Origin: Kondoa subrosea
Lineage: Eukaryota
Length of the DNA stretch: 64,000 nt
Assembly (NCBI GenBank): GCA_039545335.1
Contig: BCIN01000001.1
Coordinates: forward strand, 3,943,347 to 4,007,346
Direction of reading: 5' to 3'
Part shown: one piece after another, positions 9,483 to 23,761 of the stretch
Layout: every line of letters begins with the position of its first letter
Numbering within the stretch: position 1 is the first letter of the stretch
Translations under genes and position numbers: made by a program
The notes under the pieces: model-generated
What the model saw: only the letters and a program-made list of their open reading frames with translations
What the model was told of the DNA's origin: nothing
Database searches by the model: none

Positions 9483-11374
9483 TCATACCATGAGATAGCC
9501 ACCCTGATCAAGAGAGGAGACACATCATCAGCAATCAAAGGAGCAGTAGCCGGAAGAGACAATACTAACGTCAACAACTACAATTTGGCCAACCATGTAT
9601 TGATTGCAAGCCAACATGAGTGCAGCTTGAGCCATGTCTTCTTCTCTACCAGGTCGACCAGCCGGAATTCCTTTTTCGTTGCGGAACTTGTCACCATCAG
9701 CTTCGATGTGAGATTTCTGCTCGTGATTAGAACTGTCGATCTCTGTAGTCATTTCTGATGGGAATATCTGAAAGCAAGGAACGATCAGCATGTGCAAACA
9801 TGGAAGCTAAGCGGATTTTGGCTAACCCCTGGCGCAATGGAGTTCACACGAATCTATGGCAGTTAAGAAGCATAGACATGAGCGAACGGAATTACTATCG
9901 GAATTTCTTGACATACTTTGACGCCTGCAGAAGTTGTGATTGTAAGTGATACACATCTCGCTAAAGTGTTGTAGCTTACCTGGGCCAGAGAAGATCTTGC
10001 CTGGCACCAAAACATTAAAACATCAATTACAGACAAGATCATTGAACTGAGAGAATCATACCCAACATCTGAAAAACATCTTAGCAATCGATCACTATTG
10101 CCTATCAGCAAACTAAGTACTCACTTGGTTAAGCTGGATGATTGCAGCCTTCGAAGAGTTGTAGGCGAAGTGCTGGACTACATTTTAGCGGACTTCGATA
10201 ATTGTCGAGCCGACTTACATGCTGAGGCGAGGCCAAGATACCAGAGATGCTATCCGAAGTTGCTGTGAGACTGTGCAAGCTTGCGAATGGTGATAGAGAC
10301 TTACGACGAAATATTGATGATACATCCGGAATGCTTGGGAGTGTTCTTGGTTGCAGCGGCCAGCATCGGCAAGAAGGCAACAGACATGAACTATGGAGAG
10401 CCTATGTCGGCAGTAACCTTGGCGAAAAGCGCGACTTACGTAGTAGCCGGTGCAATTGGTCGCAAAGACATCTTGCCATTCAGAGAATTCTTCCTTCCAG
10501 AGCTCATCTTTGAGTTCAGTAGCAGACTTCTCGCTCAAAGAGACATCAGACGTGGGTCCAGCTGCAAGATGGAATCTTTAATCAGCCCTCGAGCGGTCAT
10601 CGAAGTACTTACAGATACCGCTGTTGTTGACCAGAATGTTGAGATGCTGTATTTGAAAGCCTCAGCGAAAGAAAGATCGAGTAATTAACGGCTCACTTTT
10701 TCCTTGCTAGAGATTTGATCAACGAGTTCTTGAATACTCTCTTTGGACTTGATATCAGTACCAGGAATAGGAATAATAGAACCACCCTTGTAGTAAGAAA
10801 GCGTGACCATGAGCGAACAGACAAGGTGCTGAATTGTAGCAGCTCTCTACATACGAGATCGTTTGGCGAGTGACTTTCGGCAGCTCGCTTGAGTGCATCT
10901 TCCTGTAATCGTCACCAGACCGTATAACCTTGTATACTACGGACATAAAGGGACAAGCTTGCTCTGCGACCAGTAATGTAGACCTATTGATGCTGTCTCA
11001 GTAAGCTGTTCTTTCAGGATTACGGGAAAGAGTCACCTTTGCACCATTAGCAGCCAAAGTTTGAGAGATCATAAGACCAACTACACAATGTCAGCGATGA
11101 GCTGGTAACATAAAGAGTCTGGACTCACTTCCAGTACCGCCTAATGTCTCCATTGAGCGAACGATCACGCTACATGAGCTCAGACTAACCTCCAGTGACG
11201 ACAGCGACCTATAACGCAGCTCATTAGTCCAGGCAAAGCGCGAGCCAAGTCCGAGAAACTTACTTGGCCTGAAAGATCGAAGAGCTTGTTTGCAGTAAGC
11301 TGCGAGGTAGATTTTCCTGCTGACATGTTGCGCGAGATGATGCGAGGTGCTTGTTGCAAGACAGCAGAAAGCAT
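9483..11374 (-). CDS. Short-chain dehydrogenase/reductase (SDR), many introns
   Basis: LFDLSGQ-VAVVTGG..TGIGLMISQTLAANGAKV Rossmann start, ELWKEEFSEWQDVFATNCTGYY, IPAGRPGREEDMAQAALMLACNQYMVGQIVVVD-GGYLMV*; alternative ATG at 11326. Confidence 0.88.
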
Positions 11375-11585
11375 GTACGATCGGGAAAGAAGAACAATGA
11401 CGGTATTTCAAGAAAATGCGATTTCAATGATTATGTAATCTATATATGCGCCATTGTCGGGAAAGCCAAAGGTAAGGAAACTGCCAAAGATATTTCTAAT
11501 ATGCTCGGATACTATGTACAAAGATCTAATGATATACCGCATGAAATGAATGAAATGATGTCTAATGTATCGACTCTAATACGCT

Positions 11586-13541
11586 TCAGTCTTGCTCAGT
11601 CTTGGGCCAGCCAAGCCAAGCCATGATCTTGCTCAACGATCTTCCGCCCGTGATAAGCGATTCACCTGAGGCAGGAAATGAGAACATTGTTGATGTCAAT
11701 GCGAATCTTACCGTGAGCTGCTTCCGGTTCCATATACAAACCACCAGTTTCTTCACTTACTCCGCCTGTGGAATGAAACAAAGCATCAGCTACTTGTAGG
11801 CAGCATAATTTGTTCAAACGCACGTTCCAGCAGATACGCTCTGGTTCGAGGTGTGTACGCTACGCCATCATTGCCAGCAAGGAAGAAACAGGTCTTAGAG
11901 CTGTACGGACAAAATGGTTATGAAGCTGTGAACCAGCTGCGCAACCAGACACGTACGGATCAGTGAGATTTGGAATTTCATGAGCCCAGAGTAGATTATC
12001 GGCCCCTGTCAGTCAAATACTTTGTCTTAACTAATATATAGCAGAAGAAGAGGAAAGACTGACAATCGAAATATCGCTGTATCGATAACGCTATTCCGAT
12101 TTCTCTCGCGACGAAGAATCTGCATGATTATCTGAGCCCTTGTTAGGTGGCCAGAAAGAGGTGAAATGTACCGCATGAGCCGTTCAATGCCGCTCTCAGG
12201 GATCTTATAGACGAAACTGTAGCCGAGAGCTCGTATCAGAAGAGTCTAGCACTCTTTGATTGCCTCGCCTACTTGTGCGGTATCTGACCAAGCCAGAATG
12301 TGAGCTCAATTCTCGAATTAGCGAGCTTTGCACGCACATTAGGTTCCCAAAGGCAGAAACAAACTGGATCAACGAAGCAAGATCTCCTGACCAACCCAGG
12401 TTGCGCCTTCAATAGCTGACCATGTACTATAGTACCAAAAGAATGACTGAGCACTTCCACACCCGTTTCTTGCCACCCTAATTGCTGCATGATATCTAAT
12501 ATTCCAGCTTGTACTGTTTGTTTCGAAGGTGGAGCTAGATGATATCGATTACCCAAAGTCATTGAAATGTTTGGTTGTAAGAGGATCAGAATCGGTCGAT
12601 CGCCTTTTGGCATTTGACCGGGATGCGATAACGTTTGAATGAGGGATTTATATTGCTGTCGATCCCACCATGTATGATATCAGCCAAAGACTGAAATCAT
12701 ACAAGCGAGGACTGACCGCAAAGCCTAGTCCTAGACCATGCAAGAAAAGCAAAGGCAATCTTGTCTTGTGCTCATTCCAACCAGGCGGTATATGAAGCAA
12801 CCCTGTTATCTCATTCCCATCTCTGCTCTTGATCCTAATGAACCCTCTCCGCCTCAAGTCTATTTCCCAAGCAGTATTCCAAACCCAAACCCCAACATAA
12901 AGGAAGAAAGGTCTGGGAGCCACTCTTAAAGGATCAATAGTCAATCGAATAGACTTGCAACCCGATTTGCCAGTTTTAAACTTCCAAACCGATCTTTGTT
13001 CTACCAAACCCAAACATTCTTCGCACACTTTTCGATCTTCTCCAGTTGTAGGTAATTCCGAATCAAACAAACTCCATGCTAACCAACTCAATACATCTTC
13101 TCTTCCTAGATCTTCAAATCGATGTTCAAAGAACCAAGCGGAGAAAGTTTTCCTGAATTGTTGAACTGCTTCATTTTGTTCTTTCAAATCCTTTGGAATA
13201 GATTGTCCTTCCATTTCCAACGGTAGACCATAAGATAGTGCTCTAGTGAAGAGTTCTAGGATATGTTCTCTGTTCCGACTGAGGTTGAGGACTCTGATTT
13301 GTAAAGTTGAGGCTTTGTAAATGTACCAAATGTAGAAACAGGTTTCGAAGGCCAAGTAGAAGAAGAGTGGGGTTGGTAAAGAGATGAGATTGATTAGGTG
13401 GAAGAGAGTACAAAGAGCTGCTAAGGGTGGGAAGATCTGGAAAGGTGCACACAAGAGAGCAGCGGTGATTGGATGACAATGGAAGAGATCAATGAAGATG
13501 AGACTCTTGACGAGTGTGAGAGGATTGAGTAGCGACCCCAT
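11586..13541 (-). CDS. Membrane-anchored alpha/beta hydrolase-fold protein
   Basis: N-terminal TM segments; PLLFLHGLGLG oxyanion motif; VLSHSFGTIV nucleophile elbow; CFVDPVCFCLWEP; C-terminal HGES...KIMAWL. Confidence 0.8.
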
Positions 13542-13767
13542 GTTCGCTTACGTGCGGGAACCAGCTCAACAAGAAAAAGCAAGCGAATGCACTTTGACAG
13601 AGCACACGTGAATGTGTGATGAAGAAGCTGCAGTAGCTCTTGGGTATATCAGTACTGAGCTCTGTGGTATATATGAGAGCCCTCTAGACTACGTTGAACG
13701 GCAAGCAGGGAATCCCTCGAATAATACGTCACACTCGTCTTGTCTCGAAACCATAACTTTGCCTGTC

Positions 13768-15023
13768 ATGTCATTCACTGCTCCAGCTCTTCGCTCTTCC
13801 CTTCGCAATGCTCCCCGTAGAGCAGGTGCTCGTGGCTATGTCACTCCTCAACCGCCGCCAGTTTGTGAAAATCAGGCAAAAAGTTATAGCAAAGAAAGGC
13901 TGAACAGCGTTTGATAGGGCCCTGGTGTACACAGCAGACCTCCTCCTCCTCCTCCTGCCCAAGCTAGTGGAGGTGGATTCAACACTGCAATCATTGCTGC
14001 CATAGCCGCGGGTGGTGCAGGCGAGTCGCTTTCTCCATTTGCTCTCTATAATGAGCTGACGTTGCAGGCGGCACGTAGTCGGCGCTTACTTCTACTTCAG
14101 CGACGACTCTGCTGCTGTCGAAGCCAGACAAAAAGCCCAATCCGCTGGTCAAGATCTTGCTCAAGCAGCTGAAAAGGCTAAAGGTGCGTCTTACACTTGG
14201 CTGGCTATGTACAGAGGAGTACTGAGCTCATTGCATATGCGCACAGATGCTGCTGCTCAGAAAGCTTCGGAACTTGACCGAGATGCACATAAATTAGGTC
14301 GCTCCATTCAGCAGCAAGCTGATTCCTACAACAACGAAGCTCAGAAATAGTGAGTGCAGTCTGAGATTGCGTCAGCGCTAGACTCAGATAGTTCCTACAG
14401 TTGGGAAGCTACCAAAGCCAAGTCTGGCGAAACTTGGTGCGTCAAATCATATTTAATCGTTCTACACTCGCTCATGCAATCTCTCTAATAACAGGGAAGA
14501 AGCAAAGAAGTCATATGAGCAATATAAAGACAAGGCTCAATCTCAAATGGATGAAGCTACTGCCAAGGCTGAAAAGGCTTACAACGATATTCGCAACAAG
14601 GTTTGTCTTGCTACTCTTCACTTTTTGTGATCAGTAGGTAACAATCGGACAAACAGTCTGAGACTCAAACTGCTGAAGTCAAGGCTCAAGCTGAAGCTGC
14701 CTACGCCAAAGCTCTATCCAAGACTTCTAGCTTGACAAGCGACTTGACTAGCCGTCTAGTGAGCCCAAGTATAATCATATCGTCACTCGTTCTAACAATC
14801 TTGCATAGGACTCTGAATATGCGAAAGCCAGAGCTGTATGTTGTTGCATCTTAGTCTTACGATGTTTTGCTGATCCAACCTTTCTTTTATAGAACCAAGC
14901 TGCTTACAAGGGCGAGAAAGTAAAGTCTGAAGGAAAGGGATGGGTGAGCTCAAGGTTCTAGATTGTGTATTACCTTTACTGACTCTTCAAATTAAGTTCT
15001 CCTGGTTGACTGGATCAAAGTAA
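13768..15023 (+). CDS. Mitochondria-targeted, single-TM, Ala/Lys/Gln-rich LEA-like helical protein, multi-exon
   Basis: Presequence MSFTAPALRSSLRNAPRRAGARGY, TM TAIIAAIAAGGA-VGAYFYF, then AEKAK/AAQKA-type repeats; C-terminus EGKGW(FSWLTGSK) if the last intron is spliced (otherwise stop at 14961). Confidence 0.7.
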
Positions 15024-15190
15024 GAAGTTAATGGGTAGCAAATTGTACACACGCGTTTAAATGACAAGCAATACAAACACTCGCCTATTCACAGCCTGTT
15101 CATCGCAGATCTTCTGTTTATTCATGCGCAAGATTGACGTCAATTGGTTGTGCATCTAATTTTCGTTGTATCCTGTTATGCTGGACAGCC

Positions 15191-17753
15191 ATGCCTGCAG
15201 CGGACTCTACAATCGACTACTATCCAGCCACAGTCTCTGTTCCACTGGATGGAACAGTCCAAGACGCTCTAGATCCAGTCACGTCCCAGCCTGTTGCTGT
15301 TCAACACTCAGTCGCTAGTGGGCATGTAGTCCAAGCCCCTGGTCAAGAAGCTCGAGATCTTCATGCAGAGCACACGAATATTCATGGCATTCCTCACAAT
15401 CTCAAGCACAATGCGCCGGCAGGTAATAAGATAATTCATCAGACTTATCAGATTTATAAGGCTGAAAGCCAAAATTGTGCAGCGGCAGTACCTGAAGCTA
15501 AAGAAGTTATAGCCTCTGCTCAAGCTGAATTACTCTCCAAAGCTGCTGCGGACCCGAATACGAACTCAGTTGGATGGGATGAGCAAGTAGCACTTCAAGG
15601 TTTGCATTACGCTCTATGCTGATTTCTTGGATTTCTCAGTGATCCACACAACGTGCCCGCAGATATCGTCAAAGGTTTGCCAAACGATACATTGTGGATG
15701 CTTATAAGGCGTTTCAATGGTGTGAGCTTGTCCACTACTTGAGCTTTTGCTGCTATGTAGCTAAAATATGGATACAGCAAATGCAACATGTTAAAGCGAT
15801 ACCTCACACTTCTATTCCAAAAGGTCACTTAGATCTAGAATCCAACCTCGATGAAGAATTCTCTCCTGACAAACTTCGAACCCAAATCGAAAGAGCATAC
15901 TATACAGTCTTCATCGGTTTAGCAGGTATGGCGAATCATATAGCTCGTCTAAGATCATGGAACGAAGTTCGCCGATCTTCCATTTGGTGCGCGACTTATT
16001 TCGTCGCTTGGGCTTTGAATCTACTCTGGCCAATGATTTACCTCTTCTTCATCTTACTTATCGTTCATCCTCCTGCAAGACCTTTTCTTTTCCCTCCTGC
16101 TCCTATAGCAGCAATCAATGCCAAAACTGGGAACGTTCAAAAACCAAAAGCTGGTGTTTTAGGAAGCACGGATTCTATGACTGGAGCAACAGAGAAACAT
16201 AAAGGTGAAGCGGCGGAACAAGAAGCCAAGAGTTTCGTCACTTCTTTCGCTAGTGTTGTTGTTGGTTCCGCTTTAGGCAAACCACATCCTGATGATCAAG
16301 GAGAACATGCGGAGAAAATGGATGACAAAGTACCTGATCCAACTAAGATCTTGACGAATGCCGGTCAGTCTGTTTCCCGGTAACGTCAGTTTGTACTGAT
16401 GTGACGAGTGCATGGTGACAGTCGACGCCAAACAAAACTCATCTGGCATAGATCCACCTCCTGCTGAAGATCATACCAAGGAACCAATGATGGATTCGGC
16501 TTGGAAGAGTATCAGACCAGCCCAGAGAGCACTGGCAGATCTGACAGATGGCTGGGAGAGGTTCGCAAAGTAGGTTTAGATCGCTCACTGTCAACTTCCG
16601 ATTGTAGAAGCTGATCTCTCGCTACAGCGCCCTCTCGCCTACACTACCTTTCCGAGATAGTGTACGACTCAAGATCGCTGGGATCTTCCTTGGACTATTC
16701 TTTGCTTCTTTGGTCATTACACCAGCTATGATCTCTCGCGGAATGGGTTTCGGTGTCGGTTTTGGTTTCTTTGGTCAACCTTTGATCTCACGAGGTATCC
16801 ATTGGTTGAATGTGAATATACCCAATTGGCCACAATATCTTGAATTACGAAAGTGAGTTTACATCGATTATAACCCTGTTTTAGGGTAGGTGTTGATTCC
16901 TGTGTCACAGCACTCTCTTACTTGGCGTACCCACTAACGCCCAACTTACTCTCACTCTACTACGACTGGGCGAAGCGGAAAAGACCCCTCTTCCACCACC
17001 GCCAATTCATGCTGAATCCCCTGAGCATGCAAAAGCAGACGAACCAGATATACCAAGCGATTACGAATACGAAATGGATGATTTAGAAGATCATCATGAT
17101 CTAGACGCGAACACAGAAAACCCAATAGAAGGTGAAAAGAAGCCGAAACCGGGCAGAAGAATTGTGAATGCTATGAAGAAAGTAGCAAAAGGAGGAGTAT
17201 CGACTGCTTTGGGAGTGGACAGGGTGAAAGCTTCCGCTGGTAGTGAACATGCCAAACAGAGATTGGGTGCTTTACCTGGTGCTTCAGCTGCTGAAAAGAT
17301 TGCGGATGGTCCAAGTCGTACGTTATCCATCTCTTTATATGCGAAGAATAGATCTTGACGGTCTTGTGACAGTATACAAATGTCGCTTACACGGCAAGAA
17401 AGGCTACCTCATCATTTCTACTACTGCTACAACACCTTGTGTTTCTTTCATCTACGAGAAAGTCATGTCGAAAGACGAAACAGCTTTCTCTGTTCAGCTA
17501 GACGATATCAACGAGCTGAAGAAGATTGGTGGTCTTGGCTTTAAGTCGAAATTAGGTTAGTCTTCCGGTTTCTGCATAGGTTCATTCCTTATAGGAAGCA
17601 GTTGTTGGCTATCTGCTTGGGAAAGAAGTCGCAGATGCTTTGACTATCGCAGATACCCTCGGTCAATCGTATACGGTCACAGCCATTCATCGAAGGAACG
17701 AACTCTTCAATCGCTTGATCGCGATGACAGGTACAGCATGGGAGAGTTGGTGA
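15191..17753 (+). CDS. DUF3292-like fungal membrane protein
   Basis: LWMLIRRFN, GHLDLESNLDEEFSPDKLRTQIERAY, HIARLRSWNE, PPAPIA..GVLGSTDSMTGATEKHKGEAAEQEA, WERFANALSPT, LLGVPTNAQLTLTLLRLGE, RRNELFNRLIA; family recalled from motifs. Confidence 0.8.
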
Positions 17754-18041
17754 TCATTTTGTCATGGGTTGGAGGCTAGAAGATATCAAATGAGACACTA
17801 CATATCGCATATCCTGAACTCACAGACATGTCCCGTAGCAACGATTTGACTGCCATTCTCTGCGCAAACCCGGCATCGGACAATCTTGCAAGCTAGCATA
17901 TCGATTTCAGTGTGATTCTAAAGGCGATATAAGAAGAAGAACGACTCCTTTGTTGTAGTTTTTATGTAAAAGCAGTACAGCGTGATGCTGTGCTTCTGAA
18001 CCTGATTCCTTCGTTCATTTGATTCTCTTCTCTGACCTGTC

Positions 18042-21000
18042 ATGTCTGTTTGCACTGGCGAATGGGTATTCGCTGCTGGGCCAGCTTCCAGATGTCGTAT
18101 TCTGGATTTCAATCTTTCCTTCTCTGCCTCGATTCTGTCGATGATACCCTCATGTTGTTTTCTGCTGACTGCCGCGATTCATTTCTATTGGGCTCGGCGG
18201 ATGAAAGCTTGTTGCTACAATATGCAGGAAAATCGGAAACAAATACTTCTCCCCTTGAAGCTGCTCTGCTCCTGCCTCCTGGTGATATTTCAGCTCGCCA
18301 CTGCTGTCATATGGCTGAAACATGGTAAGAAAGAATACTTTGACGGAACCTCAGGCAGATGTGCGGTTTTGTTTTCATTTTTCTCAAGTGTAAGTCTTCT
18401 CTTACAACGCCGGTGCATATCACTTAATACTATTGCAGGTTATGCTCGCCTTAGTGGTCTATCGTGGTCATATTTACTCGGCAGGATCGCCCCCTTACAC
18501 TTCACTGTATCTTCTTGTTGTCGTATTGTTCGAAGCTGCTCGCCTCCGCTCATTCGTCATCATTGGCTTACTTCAACACGAGCGACTCTTCGTCATCCTT
18601 TTTATTGTTTCTTATATCTGCTACGCACTTCTGCTTTTGCTTGAACAACTACCAAAGAAGACAATATCAATCAACACCCTTTCACCTATGCAAACGTCTA
18701 GTCCAGTCTCTCGAATTACGCATTTTTTCATCATTCCCTTGATTCGGCAGGCAAGAAAGGTCAAATTACGATTACAAGATATGCCTTCTTCGCCCGTCGA
18801 TTCTGAAGCGGTTTATGCAACATTCGAAAAGCAGTGGCAGCGCGCAGATCGATCGACCCGTAATGCTCTTCTAAAATCGATTGCCTGGACGTTCCCTTGG
18901 CAAGTGGTCTTGAGCCCAATCATCACGAGTTAGTAAATATACTTGACCGAACTTTAATAGGGCTGAGGCCGCAACGTAGTGCAATTGCATGCCCTCACAA
19001 AAATGCTTCCCATTCTTCTATTGGTAGCCACGCTCGACTTTCTCAGGTGAGCTGTTTAGCTTAATTGGCGAAAATTGGCTCCTAATCTGATTTTCTGCTC
19101 GCAGAACATGGCAGAACAGCACTGTTGAGCCGCAGCCCGTTCAATATGGGTACGCATTGATAGGAGCCTATGCGATAAGCAGCCTCATGTTTGCGCTGAC
19201 GGAATTGCTGCACAGTAAGTTCAGATAGAGCTTCAATCCTACTTCACTTCATCCTGTATCCAGTGCGCTATGTGCTAAGTGGCGGCTGTCATCTCAGGGC
19301 TATACTCGTACAGGCCGTCTATCGCAAAGCTGTATGTCGGAACGGTCAATTATGACTATCACTGAAGATTGTCCGTTTCTAGCTATCAGTGAATGTGGAC
19401 GTTATCCATGAGATCGGCTCCATCGCTTCCTATATCTCTTTAGATACTGAACGAATTGTTTTCGCCAATCAATTTCCTTGCCTAATTCTACATACGCTCA
19501 CCATCATCGGTATCGGTTTGGCAATAATCAATAGTCAATGTGGATGGATTACTGTAGTCGCTACAGCAGGAGCACTTCTTTTCAGTTTTATCATTATTCC
19601 ATCAACAGCCACTCGCTTTGCGACTGATCAAGCCCGCTGGTCGAAAGCATCAGATTCAAGAATTCGTTTGATTGGCTCCATTCTTTCTTGTATGCGTGCT
19701 ATAAAGCTATCTGCACTCGAGAACATCCTGTCTCTTCGATATCTTGAGCTTCGCGAGGCGGAACTGAAGCAGATGAAGCAGTATCAGCTGGTGTCTGTCA
19801 TGCACGGTTGGGCGTATAGTAGTACTTGTGAGTATTGCTGCTACCGCTTGCTCTTGATTGACGTAGGGTTGGTCAGATGAACTTGTGCGAGTGATTGGTA
19901 AGACATTGTCGGGAGTACCGGTACTGTTTCTGATGTCCAAGGCAGCGGTCGCCTCTTTCGCCATTGTATGCAAATACTCGATGACTCGTTCCTTCTCCTT
20001 CACAAGCCTATTCGTCATGGTGGCTGTACTTCAGACCTGGTCGACTTCTTATTTGCAGATTGCTTCTGACTTCAGCACGATTGTCGGTAGTCTCGAATGC
20101 TTTCGTCGGATTCAAGCGTTCTTGATCAAGTCGTCGGAGTATCAACATCCTAGTCTACATACGACAGATTCTCCAACGAACGAGAAAGAAAAGTCTCAAG
20201 ATGCAGCACCTTCAGTAGTATTGTCGAATCTCACAGTGTTGGGTCAGGAAGACAAAAAACTGCTCTCAAAAATCAACGCCGTCTTCCCTGCAAAAAGACT
20301 ATCTCTTGTAGCTGGACCGACTGGTTCATCCAAAACAACTTTGTTAGCGTCCATTCTAGGAGAAAGAATATTGAAAGAAGGCTCCGTTACTTTCGCTGGA
20401 GCTTGTCCGACTATTGGGTACTGCTCGCAAACGCCTGTATTGAACAGCAATATCTCCATACGAGACAACATCATTGGAGGCAAGGAAATGAAACTTCTCT
20501 GGTACAGTCAGTTCAGCTGATCCACATAGCGTTATCTCTCTTACGCATAGTGCAGGAGAATGTTTGGGAGCATGTGCACTCCTGCAAGATCTTGCCGATG
20601 AAAGAGATATATCTCTGGCCGTTGGACTATCTGGCGGACAGATGGCAAGAGTCGCTTTGTGCAGAGCTATCTACTCCTGTCCGAATCTTGTAATTCTTGA
20701 CGTAAGTTGAGATCTGTTTCGCATAAGAAACTTATCGAGCTTCACCGGCAGGATGTTTTCTCCGCGCTAGACCGAAATACGGAAGACTTCGTGTGGAATG
20801 CGCTTTTCAACAAAGAAGCAGGACTACTGAGAGATGTGACGGTACTGTTATCAAGGAATGACTTCGCAAGATTTCAATATGGCGATCATATCTTCCTGCT
20901 ACAAGCCGGAGAGATGATCGCCCAAGGCACCTATATTGAACTCCAGCAAATCCATAATACTGCTCCGACGCTTTCGCGAATACGAGAATCGACATGCCGA

Positions 21001-23417
21001 CAGGCGTCTAAATCAGTATCAATTAATGATAATGGTGAGAAGAATGACGACGGAAGCAGTCACAAAGATAATATCGATCCGGTCAAGAGCAGAACATTAC
21101 ATGCGCTGTCACTCTTCTTCCGCTCTGCAGGCAGAACATCCCTGCCAATTTTCACTGGCACCCTGGTCATCACCTTTACGATCTGGTCATTAGGCTTCCT
21201 GCTGTACTTTAGATACTGGTCAAGATCTTCGGCAGCTGAAAGCAAAGCTGGAGCATTTATAGGCGGATTGATAGCTTTAGAAGCGATCTTCTTGCTTTGT
21301 TTACTTGGGTAAGGTCAATTGCTGTCATGCTATCTTTGCTGATAAGCTGAAGATTACTCCAGATGGCAATTCAGTACGTCTGACTGGCTTGAAACAGCGC
21401 TGTAAAGAAAAATCTTCTTTGTAGATATCGGCGTACTGCTAACGCTATCAGCTAACCGCAAACTACATCGCAAGGCTCTGAATGGCCTGATGCGCGCACC
21501 TCTGGCTATTACAGAGGAAGCATCGAGCGGCTTCTTCCTCAATCGTTTTGCGGGAGACAATTACTTGGCGGAGCGAGAATTTCCTGCAGCTCTCCGTCAG
21601 CTGGCTCAGCAATGCGTCATACTACTATGTGCTTCGCTGTAAGCGTGTTTAAAGATCAGTCGATACCGATGTTAAATGGTGCTTTAGCATCAACGCAGTT
21701 ACCTCTGTTTGGGTGCTTATACCTCTTGCCGTTGTAAGGTTCAAGGGTCTCAATCAGCCTCAGTCAATGGTGCTGATTTCCAGGTAGACTATCATGTTCT
21801 GTGAAGCGCTGCGCCGCCTATACCGACCTTTCTCTGATCAACTTCGTCGAATGGAGCGGTCTTCAGTAGATCCAATTCTCAGTCAATTTGCCCAAGCTAC
21901 CAACGCCGACAGCCTTGCGGTCCTCCGAAGCGGTCAGATGGAGCACAAGCTGATTTCGCAATTGGGAACAAGCATAAATGCACAGAACAACGCGTACTAT
22001 GTCCTTGGTTTGGGTCGTCTTGTAAGTCTACATTTGCGCCATTATTGATGGGATTGAGGATCAGTGCAGTGGTTGTTCTTCGTCTGCTGCATCGGAGTAC
22101 TCGCTGTTCTATGCGTGCTGGTTTCAGTTGCAGTAGTTCAGCGAGACCAGAACAGTCTATTAGCAATTGCTTTGGTCAACATGCTAACTGTCCCTTTCGT
22201 AAGTTGAAATATCGTACCGCAACTAGAGGCATAGCTGACTCGACAATAGACTCTAGTGAATGTTTTCGTCAACCTTACAGGCACGTTTTACGCAAGAGTG
22301 CACCAAATCAGTCTGATGGACCTGTGACAGAGCTGCAAGTATCCAGTGTCGCTATCTCTCGATTATCGAGCGTCGCAGATCTCGCGCCGGAAGATCTTCA
22401 AGCCTCCGTACAGCCTACTCCAGACTGGCCTGCGATGGGCAAGATCATTTTCGATGCAGTCGTACGTATAGCTGCCGCGATGAGATACCGTTCTCACAAG
22501 ATGTCAGAGTCTACGCTTTGGCGAGAAATCTACTCCAGCTTTAGACTCTTTCAGTCTTTCTGTCAAAGCTGGTCAGCGTATCGGGATAGTCGGACGAACA
22601 GGAGCAGGCAAAAGCAGCATTCTCAATGTGCTTGCGCGTATCGTGGATGTGTCTGGCGGTCGCATTCTGAGTACGTATCATACCACTGCAAATATCTCTG
22701 TACAGCGCAAACACTGACTCGCTTTGTGCAGTTGACGATGTTGATCTGCTTACATTGAACAAGCACGCTGTGCGAAGCAAGTTGAATTTCATACCGCAAA
22801 TGCCACTCTTCTTACATGGCCTTACTCTCCGCGATAATCTGTCGCCTGGAAGAGCGCATTCTGATGAAGAGCTTTGGGCTGCTTTGGAAGTTTGTCACTG
22901 CAAAGTTTTGGTCGAGCAATTACCCGGAAAACTGGATTCAGTTGCTGCTCATACTTCGCTTTCGCATGGAGAACTGCAGCTTATTGCGCTGTGCAGAGCT
23001 TATTGTGTGTTCGATGTCTGTCCTTCAAGGATCCACTTTAGCTAATTGTGGTCTATTAGTACTCAAGCGCAAGATTGTCTGCGTAAGTAGCTCAAAATTT
23101 CAGCTTCTAGAGCGATCTGAATGCTGCGATGCAGCTGGACGAAGCGTCAGCAAGTCTATCGGTAGATTTGGACAAGCGAATTCAAGACACTATCAAGAAG
23201 GCTTTTGATGGATGCACTGTCTTGATAGTGGCACACAGAACAAGGTGCATTGGAGCTCTCCTTCGCATGTCGCTTTACTGATTGAGGAAACAGCACGGTA
23301 CTCGATGTTGACCACCTGATTGTCATGGATCAAGGTAAGATTGTAGAACAAGGCAATCCGCAAGAGCTGCTGAAAGCGGAGGATGGCCATTTCAGACGAT
23401 TGCACGACCTGTCTTGA
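18042..23417 (+). CDS. ABCC/MRP-type ABC transporter (TMD0-TMD1-NBD1-TMD2-NBD2), divergent
   Basis: NBD1 GPTGSSKTT, YCSQTP, LSGGQMARVALCRA, ILDDVFSALD; TMD2 FLNRFAGD; NBD2 GIVGRTGAGKSS, IPQMP, LSHGELQLIALCRA, LDEASA, IVAHR. Confidence 0.88.
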
Positions 23418-23761
23418 GCAGATGTGGGAAAGGTGCTGCGGTCATTCAAAATACCACTATATACAATGAACGCGAGCTTTCGCGAGAGCTCTTCTGTTAG
23501 GCTCTTGTCTGTATGAGTGCTGGACTTCTCTGGGAGATCAATGTACGCGACTGCTTTGTTATGAAAACGCCACTTCGCCGTGACCAAGTTCTGCTGCCTT
23601 CTGGGTTTCGATGCACGAGCATTTCCTAACAGCTCACTACCACTGATTGAGCTCAGCTCATCTCTCCAGAACTTGCCAGCTGTTGCAACTTAGTGAGTCC
23701 ACGCGTTGGGGCTCAGAGTCGTCAAAATCTCATCACTATTTCTCTGCAAAGTTTCAACAAC

